The notes under the pieces are model-generated. The model did no database searches. It worked only from the letters and a program-made list of their open reading frames with translations, and had not been told where the DNA came from. Below are positions 1 through 10,900 of a DNA stretch of 39,723 bases, in pieces. Position numbers and translations under genes: made by a program. The stretch comes from Emiliania huxleyi CCMP1516. Taxonomy: Eukaryota. The number at the start of each line of letters is the position of its first letter. Position 1 is the first letter of the stretch. Where the stretch lies: assembly GCF_000372725.1 (NCBI RefSeq), contig NW_005201298.1:21936-61658 (forward strand). The letters run 5' to 3'.

Positions 1-4
1 GAGA

Positions 5-71
<67 letters not shown>

Positions 72-96
72 AGAGAGAGAGGGAGAGAGGGAGAGA
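1..96. repeat. (GA)n microsatellite, imperfect
   Basis: Run of GAGAGA with occasional GGGA from the window start. Confidence 0.95.
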
Positions 97-223
97 GGCT
101 GTGTTGGGGAGGGGGGGGGAGGGGGCGGGGGCAGCACCCTTGCGACATCGTACGCCGCCCGCAGCAGCGACGCCCACCCCTCCTCCTAGCTAACCAAACG
201 GGCGCACTCGCTACCCCCTCCTA

Positions 224-2422
224 CTACTTCAGCAGCGACGCCCGCCCCCCCTCCGAGAGCGCCTCGCCGACGCCCTTGGCAGCAGGCGAAGCGCGCTCTC
301 CCGCCGCCACCTCGTCCGCCGCCGCCTCTCCCGCCCACGCCGCCGCCGCCGCCTCCGCCGCCGCCTCCGCCTCCGCCGCCTCCGCCGCCTCCGCCGCCAC
401 AGCCTCCGCCCCGGCCGGCCCCGCCGCCTCCGCCGCTCCGGCTTCCGGCACCAGAGGCGACGCCTCCACCGCCCCGCTGATTGAGACGCCGTCGGCTGCG
501 CCGCCCGCGATAGAGCAGGCCTGAGGGGGGGGAAGGTGAGGGTGAGGGTGAGGGTGGAGGGTTATGGGTAGGGGTAGAGGTTGGGGTTGGGGGAGGGGCA
601 GGGTGAGGGCTCTATGGCTGTGGGCAGGGTTGGGGTGATGGGGTGCGGCGAGGGGTGCGGAGAAGGGTCGTGGCTGCAAGCCTCGATGAGGGGAGACGCG
701 CGCTCGACCCGCACGCCATGTCCGCCGCTGGCGCTGACACTGTTCTTGCGCAGCAGCGGCGCTGCCCCTGCGTGAGGGATACGCCGACATGGGGGCGGGA
801 GGACGGTACACTGTGCAGCGTCTTCCGAGCGCCGCGTGAACAAGCGAGGGGCTGCGAGGACAGCGGAGTGCGGCGGAGTGAGTGATTTGTCCTCTCGAGC
901 GCTGGCTGGGAGACAAGAGTGCGTGGTGGTCGGCTTGCTAGCGCGCTGCGCCGTCAAAGATGAGGAAGCCCGCCCCTCCCGCGCCGCTCACCTAAGACTC
1001 GTTGGCAGCTCATTCACTCGCGCATCAGCGACGGCGCGTCGAGGAGGATGGCCCGCCCCTCCCCCCGTCACTCACCGTGCACCCCTCCACCGTCGGGCCG
1101 CCTCCTCCTCCTCCTCCTCCTCCTCCTCCTCCTCCTCCTCCTCCGCCACCGCCATCTCCGCCGCCATCTCCGCCGCCGTCTCCTCCACCACCGCCGCCTC
1201 CGGCGCCGGCGTCACCTCCCGCCGCCCGCCCCGAGATTTGAATGCCCGCCTTTGCGCACCCCGCGACGGAGCAAGCGCGGACGATCGCCCCGCTGCCACA
1301 GTCGACGAGCATCATCCCCGCCGCCCTGTGGTTGGGTGACTCTATGATTAGATGCTCTAGAGCTCTACAGGAGGAGGTGACTCCATGTGAAAGGTGGCTC
1401 TATGGTGAGAAGGCCTGCCGCCCTCCACCGCGCTCTCCTCCACCAACAGCGAGCTGGCGCCGCGGGCGGCGATGGCGGCGCGGCGCGCCCCCCTCACAAC
1501 CGTCTTGCGGACGGTCGCTGCGCCGCCTTCCCCAACCTGGACGCCACGCAGGAGTGATCTCGCGGACTCTCGAGTCCTCTCGGCTCCTCTCGCCTTCCCC
1601 AACCTGGACGCCGCTGCCGGCCGGGCTGTCGATGGTGCACTTCTCCAGAGTCGCGCGCGCCCCCGCGCGCACCGACACGGACGCGTGTCCCGCCCCGCCG
1701 CCGCCGCCGCCGCCCTCACCCCCGCCGCCGCCGCCGCCGCCCTCACCCCCGCCGCCGCCGGCTCTTTCTCCCGAGAGCTCGCACGCTCGCAGCGTGGCCG
1801 AGGCGGCCTTGCCGGAGAGGAGGAGGGCGCTCTCGCGGCAGCCGCGCACGGCCACGCCCTCGGCGGTCAGTGCGCAGCTCGAGAGCACGAGGAACCCGCA
1901 GCCGCCGCACCGGGCCAGCTCTCCGCCAGACACGCGCAGAGCGCCTCTCGCCGCGAGCACGGCGCCGTGCGAGGAGGGGGCCTCGAGGGTGCAGGCGGAG
2001 AGGGAGGCGGACGATCCGTGCACCAGCACCGCGGCGGAGAGCCGCGCCGCCGAGACTGCCACCAGCCGGCAGCCATCGATCGAGACGCCGTCTCCGGCGG
2101 CAGCGCCTCGGACCTCCAGTGCGTAGGCCGGAGCCTTGGGCGTGTCGATGGGCTGGCGAGCCTCGAGGTTTGCGACGCGCACGGCGCTTCCAGCGCAGAC
2201 AATTGCGCTCCCGTCCGAGCCCTCGACCACCGTCGACCCGGCACCCTCACCGAGGAGCGAGACGCCGGCCGGCACGTGCAACGTGCCCTCGCGGTATGTC
2301 CCAGCGCCGAGTAGGACGGTCCCGCCGCCCAAGGTGGCGGCGGCGGTCAGCGCGGCGGCAGCGCTGGGGTACTCGGTCGCGTCGGCGCCACCATCAGGGC
2401 GGAGGCGCGCGGTCGGAGGCAT
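224..2422 (-). CDS. Right-handed parallel beta-helix (pectin lyase-like fold) repeat protein. Six inferred exons: 2422-1604, 1536-1415, 1325-1076, 991-952, 767-682, 520-224
   Basis: N-terminal AALTAAATLGGGTVLLGAGTYRE cap and repeated xxIxGCxIxxxxxxGVxV-type turns (VSIDGCRL, LEKCTIDSPAGSGVQV, VRACSVAGCAKAGIQI, ACSIAGGAADGVSISG). The six exons join in phase through GT/GC-AG introns to the TAG at 224. Confidence 0.75.
533..620 (+). repeat. Degenerate telomere-like hexamer array (GGGTGA/GGGTTA/GGGTAG) inside an intron
   Basis: ggtgagggtgagggtgagggtggagggttatgggtaggggtagaggttggggttgg... lies within the inferred intron 521-681. Confidence 0.6.
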
Positions 2423-3489
2423 GTGTGTTTGTGGCTTGGTTTTGGTTCACGTAACCAGGTATCTCGAGGTTCTCGAGGTGGATATCCTTTGGCCGCGTTG
2501 CGTAGCGAGGATTGGTGTAACCCGAGCCACGGAGGCGTGTTTTCTGGCGGCCGACCGTCAGTGCACGGAGTTGCCACTTCTCCGACTGCCCCGGCTAGTT
2601 CCCGAGGTCGTCGGGTGTGACCCCTTCGTCCCCCGAGACCTAGCGCGGGTGGGTTGGAGGGGGCTCGCCCCGTTCCTCCCCATCGGGCCGCGTGAGCGGC
2701 CTCGCCTCGCAGATTCGTTTCTCGCGCCTGGGTCAGGCGCGCGGGGCATCCCCCGGGTCGCTCGACCAGCGATCCGAAGAGTGGCCGCTATGCGAGGGAA
2801 AGAGCGGGGCCCACGGGGTACGCCTCCGTCCGGCCCCCTCCGAGGGGGGAAGGGAATTGTGGGGTCCCCACGGGCGCCTCAGTTCGGCCCTCCCGAGGGG
2901 GGGGAGGGGAGCAAGGGGGTGGGGGGATCGGGGCGGGGGGGGAGGGGTCTCGGTTTCGTGTGGCTAATGCTTGCCTTTCGGGGAGGGGCCTCGGTGACAG
3001 GCGAGCGCAGTTGCGCGCGCCCAACGTCTTCCCCTCCTCCCCAGAGGCAGCAAGTAGGCAGCGAGTGGAGCACTCGAGCGCCTAGTAGGTTTGCGAGATG
3101 GCGATGGGAATGGGCGATCGGGTGGTGGGCGAATGGGCAGGTGGGCGGGGCGGGCGGTCGGGGCGGGCGCGCGGGCGGGATGGGGGAACCAGGTATGGTG
3201 CACTGAGCGAAACACAACAAATGAATTCAACAAGAGCCATGAAAAGAGCCACATACCCTGAAAAATTCTTTTAAGATGCCAAAGAAGAAAGAAAACCGAT
3301 CCGGTGGCCTGCTTCAGAGAGAGAGAGAGAGATTTTTAGCAATACCAAACAAATCTAACACTCACACGTCATTTGGGGCCTGGAGCCCTGTTCACGCGCG
3401 CGCGAGACGTGCAGACAGGGTTGCCAGGTGAGATCGAATGGCGCGGTTCACGCCTCGCACAACATTTGTTTTGTTGTGAAGAGTGGGCG

Positions 3490-4190
3490 CGCCACCCAAG
3501 AGCCTAGGTAGGTGCGGATCGGCAAGGCGCACGGGTCCAAGACTCGGGTCACATATTCGCTGCCCCCAGAGAGGGACGACGGATATCGGCGCGGCCCTAG
3601 CGTGGTGTGCGCCACGGTCCCCCAGGGCACCGTGGCGACGACCGTCGCCTCGGACTGGCTCGCGAACGAGCTGGCCGAGCACGGAGAGATTGATGCGGCA
3701 TGCCGCGACAAATATGTCATGCACCTGATGACGGCCGCCGGCGCCTCGGCGCCGGCCGACGCCGTGTTCAGGTTCACGGCTGGCGAGGCGATGCAGACCG
3801 AGGACGACGACGAGGACACCGGCTCCGAGGAGTATTCCGACGACAAGGCGTCCGACTAGCTGGCTTCACCCATATCTTACCCTCTGCCCCCCCCTCCTGC
3901 TACCCCCCAGGCTAGATGTAGTCACAGATAGCCCCACACAGCCCCTTACCCCTTCACCCTCGCCTCGCTGCTTGGTGTTTCTGAACACGTAGACGACCAC
4001 GCTGTGGGGGTTGTGTTATAGGAGTAGGAGTGGGGTGCAGGTTGTGCTCACCCACGGCACCGGGCCGGTGCTTGCACTTTGAATGCCGTGGGGCTCCTGC
4101 CCGTGTCCGGGCGTGGAGATGCGAGGGTCGCCCCCCCTTGCCCCACCACTTTGTGTGTGTGGAGCGACGTTTACCTTACCTTACCTTACC
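3490..4190 (+). mobile_element. 3' remnant of a non-LTR retroelement ending in (TTACC)4; 5' boundary uncertain
   Basis: An ORF end (stop at 3859) is followed by a UTR and (TTACC)4 at 4171-4190. The last ~140 bp are similar to 34983-35118, which has the same tail and a TSD. Confidence 0.6.
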
Positions 4191-4391
4191 TTCGTTCAAA
4201 AAACGCCCGCCCGCCCGCCAACCCGAGGCGGCTCGGCCCCCCACTCACCCAGAGATCAAAAACGCTCGGCCCCTCGCGAGCATCTGAAACGCTGCCGTTT
4301 CTTTTTCCTTGGGCGAGGGCCTCACGCCCATCAGTCATCCCAATGGAGGCGCTCCCCCCGAACCCGCACCCATACCGAGGACAAGCGACAA

Positions 4392-5372
4392 CTAGTACGC
4401 GGGCGCGAGCGTATAATTCGCAAATGGGACAAAGCCGGCAACGCTCGCGAGGCCTTGCAGCCGCGCGAGGTCGCACTTGCACGCGAGGCGGACCTCCTCA
4501 AGGCCGTTCTCGAGGGCGAGAGGGGCGGAGAGCAGTCGCCGGAGTGGGGTTGGGATTGCGCTTCCGTTGGGTAGGTACCACGCGTTCGGATCGGCTAGGT
4601 AGAGGGCCGCCTGCACCATCAAGCCGACGGCGGCAGTGGCACCGACGAGGACGCCTCGCCCCGCCGTGCCGCTCTCCACATGCGCGCGAAGGCTCGCGCT
4701 GAGAAGTGGCACGCTGTGCGCGACGAGCGACTGCGCCGCGAGCACGCATAGCGATGCGACTCGCACCGGGCGGACGTAGAGGAGCGCGAGGGCGAGAAAC
4801 GTCGACACAGAGACACCGAGAAGGAGCGCGGCTGCCCATCGCCGACGGTAGCCTCTCATGCACGCGGAAGGCGCAGAGGCCGCTCCGCCTCCGGTCGGCG
4901 AAGACAACATCTCCGACACCTCCGATCGGCCGTCTGCCATCGGCTCCAATTCCTCTTGATATGCACCGCCGTTCTCCGCTCGTGGCAACAGCCCCTCGAG
5001 AATGCCACCTACCCGCCTTCCCATGTCGACGCCAACGGCGACTGCGGCAGCCGCCTCATTCCGCAGCACCGTTACTGCTGCAAAGCCACCCGAGTACAAG
5101 CCCGACATCACGGGCTGGTACGAGGCTGGGTCGAAGAGCGCGCGTCGCTGCCGCAGCACAGAGAGTCCCCGCTTCACCTCTCCCAGACCGGCAGACGAAA
5201 AGGCCTGGAAGACCGTCAGCGTGAGCGTGAACGAGGCTCCATAGCAGAGAATGATTGCGTCGATAACAAGAGGGGCACAGGAGAAAAGCTGGACCCAGTC
5301 TCGAGCCGCTCTCTCTCCCTTCTTTTGCGCGCTCGGCGACGACGCGAATGCGGGCTCGCGTGATTTCAGCAT
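4392..5372 (-). CDS. Multi-pass membrane protein of unknown function, intronless 326 aa
   Basis: Several hydrophobic segments (APLVIDAIILCYGASFTLTLTVF; WAAALLLGVSVSTFLALALLY; VLVGATAAVGLMVQAALY). DPxxxxxxxxGLYxGxxAAVTVL resembles an uncharacterised algal/protist family (from memory). Confidence 0.7.
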   Translation of the reverse strand: MLKSREPAFASSPSAQKKGERAARDWVQLFSCAPLVIDAIILCYGASFTLTLTVFQAFSSAGLGEVKRGLSVLRQRRALFDPASYQPVMSGLYSGGFAAVTVLRNEAAAAVAVGVDMGRRVGGILEGLLPRAENGGAYQEELEPMADGRSEVSEMLSSPTGGGAASAPSACMRGYRRRWAAALLLGVSVSTFLALALLYVRPVRVASLCVLAAQSLVAHSVPLLSASLRAHVESGTAGRGVLVGATAAVGLMVQAALYLADPNAWYLPNGSAIPTPLRRLLSAPLALENGLEEVRLACKCDLARLQGLASVAGFVPFANYTLAPAY

Positions 5373-5602
5373 GTCGGAGCCGCGTCCTTTGGTCGATTTC
5401 GGCCTGTTTCGGCCGATATTTTGAAGAAAAAGGGGGATGTCTGTGAGCCCGAGAGCGATATGCCCTGTCCGCCTTGCGTTGTTTCATAACACGAAGGCTA
5501 AGCTCAGAAAAAAAGCAAACGTTTTCTCAGCACGATATCTCTTCCACGAGCCAATCCAAAGGACGCGGCGAGAAGCAGCGGAGGCGAGGGTTTTGGTGCG
5601 CC

Positions 5603-6892
5603 ATGTGGGATAGCGTGAAGGCGATCAGCAACACACTCGCTTCGAGCGTCGAGCAGGTGGGAGGTGCTGTGCTGGACGGTGGCGCAGCCGTTACCGAGAC
5701 AATGGCTGCTGTCGGCGAGCAGGTGGGCGGTGCTGTGCTCGATGTCGGCGAGCAAGTGGGCGGTGCTGTGCTCGATATCGGCGAGCAGGTGGGCGGTGCT
5801 GTGCTGGATGGCGGCGCGGCTATCGCGGGCACCTCATCATGGTTGGTCGATGAGGCAACGGATCACCTCGACAAAATGGCTCTCGGTCATCGCTGCGGCG
5901 GCACCTCCAATGTTCCGAGCGCGACTCTGTCGGCACAGCAAACCGGCTCCGCCGTCGCCACAGCCGCCGTCGCCACAGCCGCCGCCGCCACAGCCGCCGC
6001 CGCCGCTGCCACACCTTCCGACGGCGGTCGCAGTTTCGCCGCCTCGCGATACAAGACCCTGTACGAAGAGATGCCACGCGTGACCTATGCCTATGAGCTG
6101 CAGCGCGCGCTCCACAGCTTCGTGCGAGCCTGCGCCTCCCACCCGACGATGCGGGTTCCCGCGCCTGAGGGGGACGCGTTCTTCGGCCGGCTTCTAAACG
6201 AGGCTCTCGCCGCCGGTGGCGTGGCTGAGATACTCGACGAGGCAGCCCTGAGCAGGTTCGCAGTGCGCGTGTGGACCTCGCAGCAGCTCTGGGGCGGGCG
6301 CGAGTTCTGTTCTCTGCTAAACCAGGCCATTCGCGAGGACGGCACCCGCGCGCCCGCCACGCTGCGGCCTGCAGTGATACTCTGCCGCGCAATCAACGAC
6401 GTGCTGTGCTGCGGCAATCGCAAATCGGGCGCCAGCGAGTGGCCCAGTGGCCCAGGCGCGCTGCCGCCGCTGCTCGGCCAGTGGGTGAGCGCCAGCTGGA
6501 GTTCGGAGGCAGACGCCACATTTCGAGGGGGTGCGCTGCCGGCGGAGCACGAGCCCTTCTTCACCGTCGGCAGGCGCTTTCGCACCTGCATGTTTGTCGC
6601 AACCTCCTTCGATGAGGCGGTCGCGCGGCAGTTTATGGCGCGCGCGCCCGCCGACATGCAGCCGGTGCTGTGGCGGGTGCGCTTCGACCCGGTGCGTCGC
6701 TGCAAGCACGTCAACTATGTCGGCGCGCTCTCGACGGCGAGCTCGCGCGAGGCGGAGTTCCTCTTTCCTCCCTATTCGGTGTTCTCCGTGCTGCGGCTCG
6801 AGCGGTCGCAGCGCCACCTCATGGTGGAGTTGCAGGCGGCCGTGGATAATTTGCACGAACCGATCGAGCTGCCGCTCGCGCCGTGGTCGTGA
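5603..6892 (+). CDS. Mono-ADP-ribosyltransferase of the R-S-E (ARTC / cholera-toxin-like) clade with N-terminal 11-aa repeats
   Basis: ATG at 5603 (MWDSVK). C-terminal motifs in order: TFRGG (R), FVATSFD (xTS), REAEFLFPPYSVF (ExE). 33-bp repeats at 5711-5809 encode (V/I)GEQVGGAVLD. Confidence 0.85.
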   Translation: MWDSVKAISNTLASSVEQVGGAVLDGGAAVTETMAAVGEQVGGAVLDVGEQVGGAVLDIGEQVGGAVLDGGAAIAGTSSWLVDEATDHLDKMALGHRCGGTSNVPSATLSAQQTGSAVATAAVATAAAATAAAAAATPSDGGRSFAASRYKTLYEEMPRVTYAYELQRALHSFVRACASHPTMRVPAPEGDAFFGRLLNEALAAGGVAEILDEAALSRFAVRVWTSQQLWGGREFCSLLNQAIREDGTRAPATLRPAVILCRAINDVLCCGNRKSGASEWPSGPGALPPLLGQWVSASWSSEADATFRGGALPAEHEPFFTVGRRFRTCMFVATSFDEAVARQFMARAPADMQPVLWRVRFDPVRRCKHVNYVGALSTASSREAEFLFPPYSVFSVLRLERSQRHLMVELQAAVDNLHEPIELPLAPWS

Positions 6893-7149
6893 AGCTCGTT
6901 GCTCGTTGCACTAGTATGATTCGCTCTTTGACGATATTCGATATTACTACCAGCTACCTTTTGAACACACGGAGTCAGACCGATTCTCGCATCTCGGGAG
7001 TCGCGGGGGTGACGCCGAGCCGAGCGAGCGAGAGGCAGAGCGGGCGACCCTACTGACGAGCCGCGACACACACAGACAGACTCACAAACACGACAAAAAC
7101 CGGCGCAAAAAGAACGCATCAGATAACACCAATCTATATGAACGTAACT

Positions 7150-7901
7150 TGTACTTGCGCACGAACTACGTAAATCGTGTCAACTCGCACGTTTAGCGTG
7201 TCGTCCGGCGCGAGGAGGGCGTTCCGGTGGCGCCGTCGTACGATGCCCTGCAAGTGCCTCAAGCATAATAACGCGAGTCGGCGTCGCCCCAATGCGCCCC
7301 TCAGCCATCTGTCCTCTGCCCGTGGTCAGACGGAAACCGGTAATGCAGAGGCGGCGGTATTCGTGGACTAGCTGCTCCCTCCCCATGCCCCGTACCTCCT
7401 CTAGCACGGCTTCATCTAGGGTCGTGCTTTCCAGGACTGCGCGGAGTGCCGCCTCGAGGGTCAGTGTGGTGTATGGACATTCGAGGGCGAGGTGGCGTGT
7501 CGTTTCAATTGCTCTCACGCCGCCCAGTGTAGGCCGCACAGGTCGCACAGCCCCTGTCGACGTGGCTTCTCTTACATCTTCGCGGCCCAACCGGTAGGCG
7601 GTAGCGCATCAGTCAACACTGAGTACGCCGTGTCCGACGTCGGTCGTGATAGGGACCTGTCGTGGATAGAGCGGAAGATAGACCGCGTTATCTCTCGTTC
7701 ATCAGAGGCTGCGCTCTCGCCATTCCCCTCTCCCCCCCCGTCGCCGTCGCCATCGTTACTGTCGCCCTCGCCGTCACTTGGCTCATCTCTGCCTCCGTCC
7801 CCACCTACGTCGCTGCCGTCGGAGGGGCTCACTGCGGCGGTAAAGGCGTCCAGGAGTGGGCCAGCGACTGCCTCCTGCGCTAGTCACTCATCCTCCTCCT
7901 C
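7150..7901 (-). mobile_element. Degenerate, frameshifted LINE ORF2 C-terminal fragment (zf-RVT-like)
   Basis: Across frames: TDALP..., GLCDLCGLHW / GGVRAIETTRHLALECPY (C-x2-C...ETxxH...C), then IVRRRHRNALL (IWxxRN-like). Confidence 0.65.
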
Positions 7902-10900
7902 TGAGCTACCTTTGTGCCCCCTTAGGGGCACCCCTCCTGCGCTGCGCGTATGGTCACCCCTCCCTTCCGCCCTGTTGTTTTGGATGCCCCGCTCCGAGAA
8001 AGCATGTCTCGCAGCTGCGAGAAAAGACCTTCTCGGGTCCGAGGGCAGCCTCAACTGGAGTAGGGAAATTTGGATTTTGGTCAAACGCCTGCTGGGGGCA
8101 GCTTCGCGGAAGTATTCCGGAAGCCAGATGATCCCACTTGTCAACAGCAGGCGCCAGCGCCAATCAAATCTCCCTAGTGATGTTGACAACGGGCAGTCGA
8201 GATGGGCAATCTGACCATGAGTCGTTCATCAGGGGATGAACTCCACGTAGTAGTTAATGGATTCCGATCGGCCAACCGTCTCGCGACAGAGCCACCGAAG
8301 AACAGTGGGAGGGCTTTACCGACCCGACTCGGCTAAGCCGTCGGTGCCCGCCGCCCCCGCACGCCCATAGGACGACGATGACGACAGCAGGAGCTCGGCG
8401 CGAGCCGATTTAACTCCCGCCCCATTGTTGTAAGGTGCGTATGGCTCGAACGTGAAGCGATGTAGTAGCTCGAATTGGCGTGAACACCGGCTTGCTGCGC
8501 GGCGGGTCAACCCCATTATGCGCAGTCATCCGGAATTCACCCAATCGTTGAGCTGAGTTGCCCCGACGGTAGGATGCCGTGTCAAGGCCCAGCTGGGCGC
8601 TAGGCGCCCTGCCGCACTGGCGCAGGGCGCGACGGCAGTGGCGGCGGTTTGTGCTGACGGCGGCAGCGCTTCGAAGCGGGAGCGACGGGCCACTGTCAGG
8701 ACAAATCGTCGGGCGCCAGGCAAAATGCGGGCGCGCTGCCGCCGCGGCGCGAACGAGCCCGAGCGAGGCGCGCGCCAGCGCCGCTCGCCGAGCCGCCGTC
8801 GGCGGTAGCGGACCGCGCCAGAGACTGGCCGGCGAGCGAGCGCGGTCGACGAAGAGGTGAAGCGCTTGCGACAGCAGGATGAACTGGCGGGCCAGATCGT
8901 CGGGCGCCAGCTCGAGCGCCCCCAGCGTGTTAGCGAAGCGAAGCCAGCGTGCCATGGTTGCCGACGGCTCACCTATAGGTGTATATTACAGAGCCATCAC
9001 CGAGGCTGGCTGGAATTTTAGAGCCATCACCTTGGGCTGGTCCGGTATTTGGGGGCCGGAGTCGTCACCCAGGTAGGAGCTCCGATGGAAGGTATTTTAA
9101 GGACAGTCACCCAGTCCGATGGAAGGTAGTTTATCGCCGTCACCCAGGCGCAGGATGCTTTACGCCGCATTCCCGGCGACCTTCCATGTGGGCCAGCTCC
9201 GTGGGCCAGCTCCGTGGGCCAGCCTCCGTGGGCCAGCTCCGTGGGCCAGCTCCGTGGGCCAGCTCCGGAAGGTAATCGTCTGCCCAAGGCGGTGCCTCTC
9301 TGCGTCCGTCGCGTTCGGCGCCGGTGCCAGTGAGCGTCCGCAGGTTCCTCGCGCGTCCGGCTGGCCGGTGCCGCGAGCGTCCCAAAGTGGTACCTTGCAG
9401 GCCCGGCTTCTAGGCGCCACAGCATTGGGCTTTAGGCGCCACAGCCTGACTGTGCAAGCTTCCGAGCAGACGGGTTTGGATGCTTTGCGCCGCATTCCTG
9501 GCGACCCGCCAAGAGCCTCCAGGGAGACGGCGGGTGGGTGGCTGAGCCGGCTCGGCTTCTAGGCGCCACAGCATTAGGCTTTAGGCGCCACAGCCTGAGC
9601 CCCGCCGGCGGTGAGGGTCCACCAGACGGGTACCAGCTGCCGGGGTGGCGACGGGGGGCACCGCCGCCAGGGCGGCGGGGCGCAGCGCAAAACCGCCACG
9701 CCGCCGCCGAGCATGCCGCAGCAGCGGACCGCGCCCAGCCTCTGGGCGCCACAGCATTGGGCTTTAGGCGCCCAGTCTGGGCCCCGCCGACGGTGAGGGG
9801 TCCGCCAGACGGGTGCCAGTTGCCGGGGCGGCGACGGGGTGCACTGCCGCCACGACCCGCCGAGATGCCTTGTCGCTATCAGGCGCAAAATCGCCACGCC
9901 GCCGCCGAGCATGCCGCAGCAGCGGACCGCGCCCAGCCTCTGGGCGCCACAGCATTAGGCTTTAGGCGCCACAGTCTGAGCCCCGCCGACGGTGAGAAGT
10001 CCACCAGGCGGGTGCCAGTCGCCGGGGCGGCGACGGGGTGCACTGCCGCCACGGCGGAGGGGCGCAACGCAAACCGCCACGCCGCTGCCGAGCGCGTCGT
10101 GACGGCCGACACGGCTCGGCTGGCAGCGCGCGTCGCAGAGGGCAAGAGGCGAGCGCGCCCCACCGCAGCGAGAGGCGCTGTCGGGCCCACCAGGACAGGC
10201 GCCGGGACAGCGACAGGGCGCACCGCCGCACGGCGGCGGAGCGCAACGCGAGCCGTCCTCGCTAAAGACCGCCGCCTCCGCGGAGTCAGGCAGCACCGAC
10301 CCAAGCCCCGCGATGAAGGCGATCATCAGCAGCGTGCGGAGGAAGTCCTCGCTAAAGACCGCCGCCTCCGCGGAGTCAGGCAGCACCGACCCAAGCCCCG
10401 CGATGAAGGCGATCATCAGCAGCGTGCGGAGGAAGTCCTCGCTAAAGACCGCCGCCTCCGCGGAGTCAGGCAGCACCGACCCAAGCCCCGCGATGAAGGC
10501 GATCATCAGCAGCGTGCGGAGGAAGTCCTCGCTAAAGACCGCCGCCTCCGCGGAGTCAGGCAGCACCGACCCAAGCCCCGCGATGAAGGCGATCATCAGC
10601 AGCGTGCGACCACACCGCCGCTGAGCGCGTCGTGGCAGCCGAAGGCGCCGCGGCTCGGCTGGCGACGCAAAGGAAGAGGCGAGCGCGCTTCACCGGCGGC
10701 GAGAGGCGCTGCCGGGCCCAGCAAATATGTGCGCCAGGACAGCGACGGGGCGCACCGCCGCCACGGCGGCAGGGCGCAACACGGAGCTGCCACGCCGCCG
10801 CCGAGCACGTCGCGGCGGCGAGCCGCGCCGCGGCTCGGCCGGCAGCGCGCGCCGCCGAGGGGTGGAGGCGGGCGCGCCCCACCGGCTGCGGGAGGGAGGA

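Noticed and set aside
2453..3196. AACCAGGTAT direct repeat as TSD of a 724-bp insert
   Set aside because: No tail or TIR at the ends; a 10-mer match at this range could be chance.
8195..8245. Hammerhead ribozyme on the minus strand (CTGATGA plus a short stem)
   Set aside because: The required GAAA after stem II is absent.
8316..8520. Adenine methyltransferase remnant (DPP..., ...RAELLL)
   Set aside because: DPPR rather than DPPY, motifs lie in different frames, and no SAM-binding motif.
10255..10608. Possible CRISPR array
   Set aside because: Units are identical end to end with no unique spacers; eukaryotic context and no cas genes.
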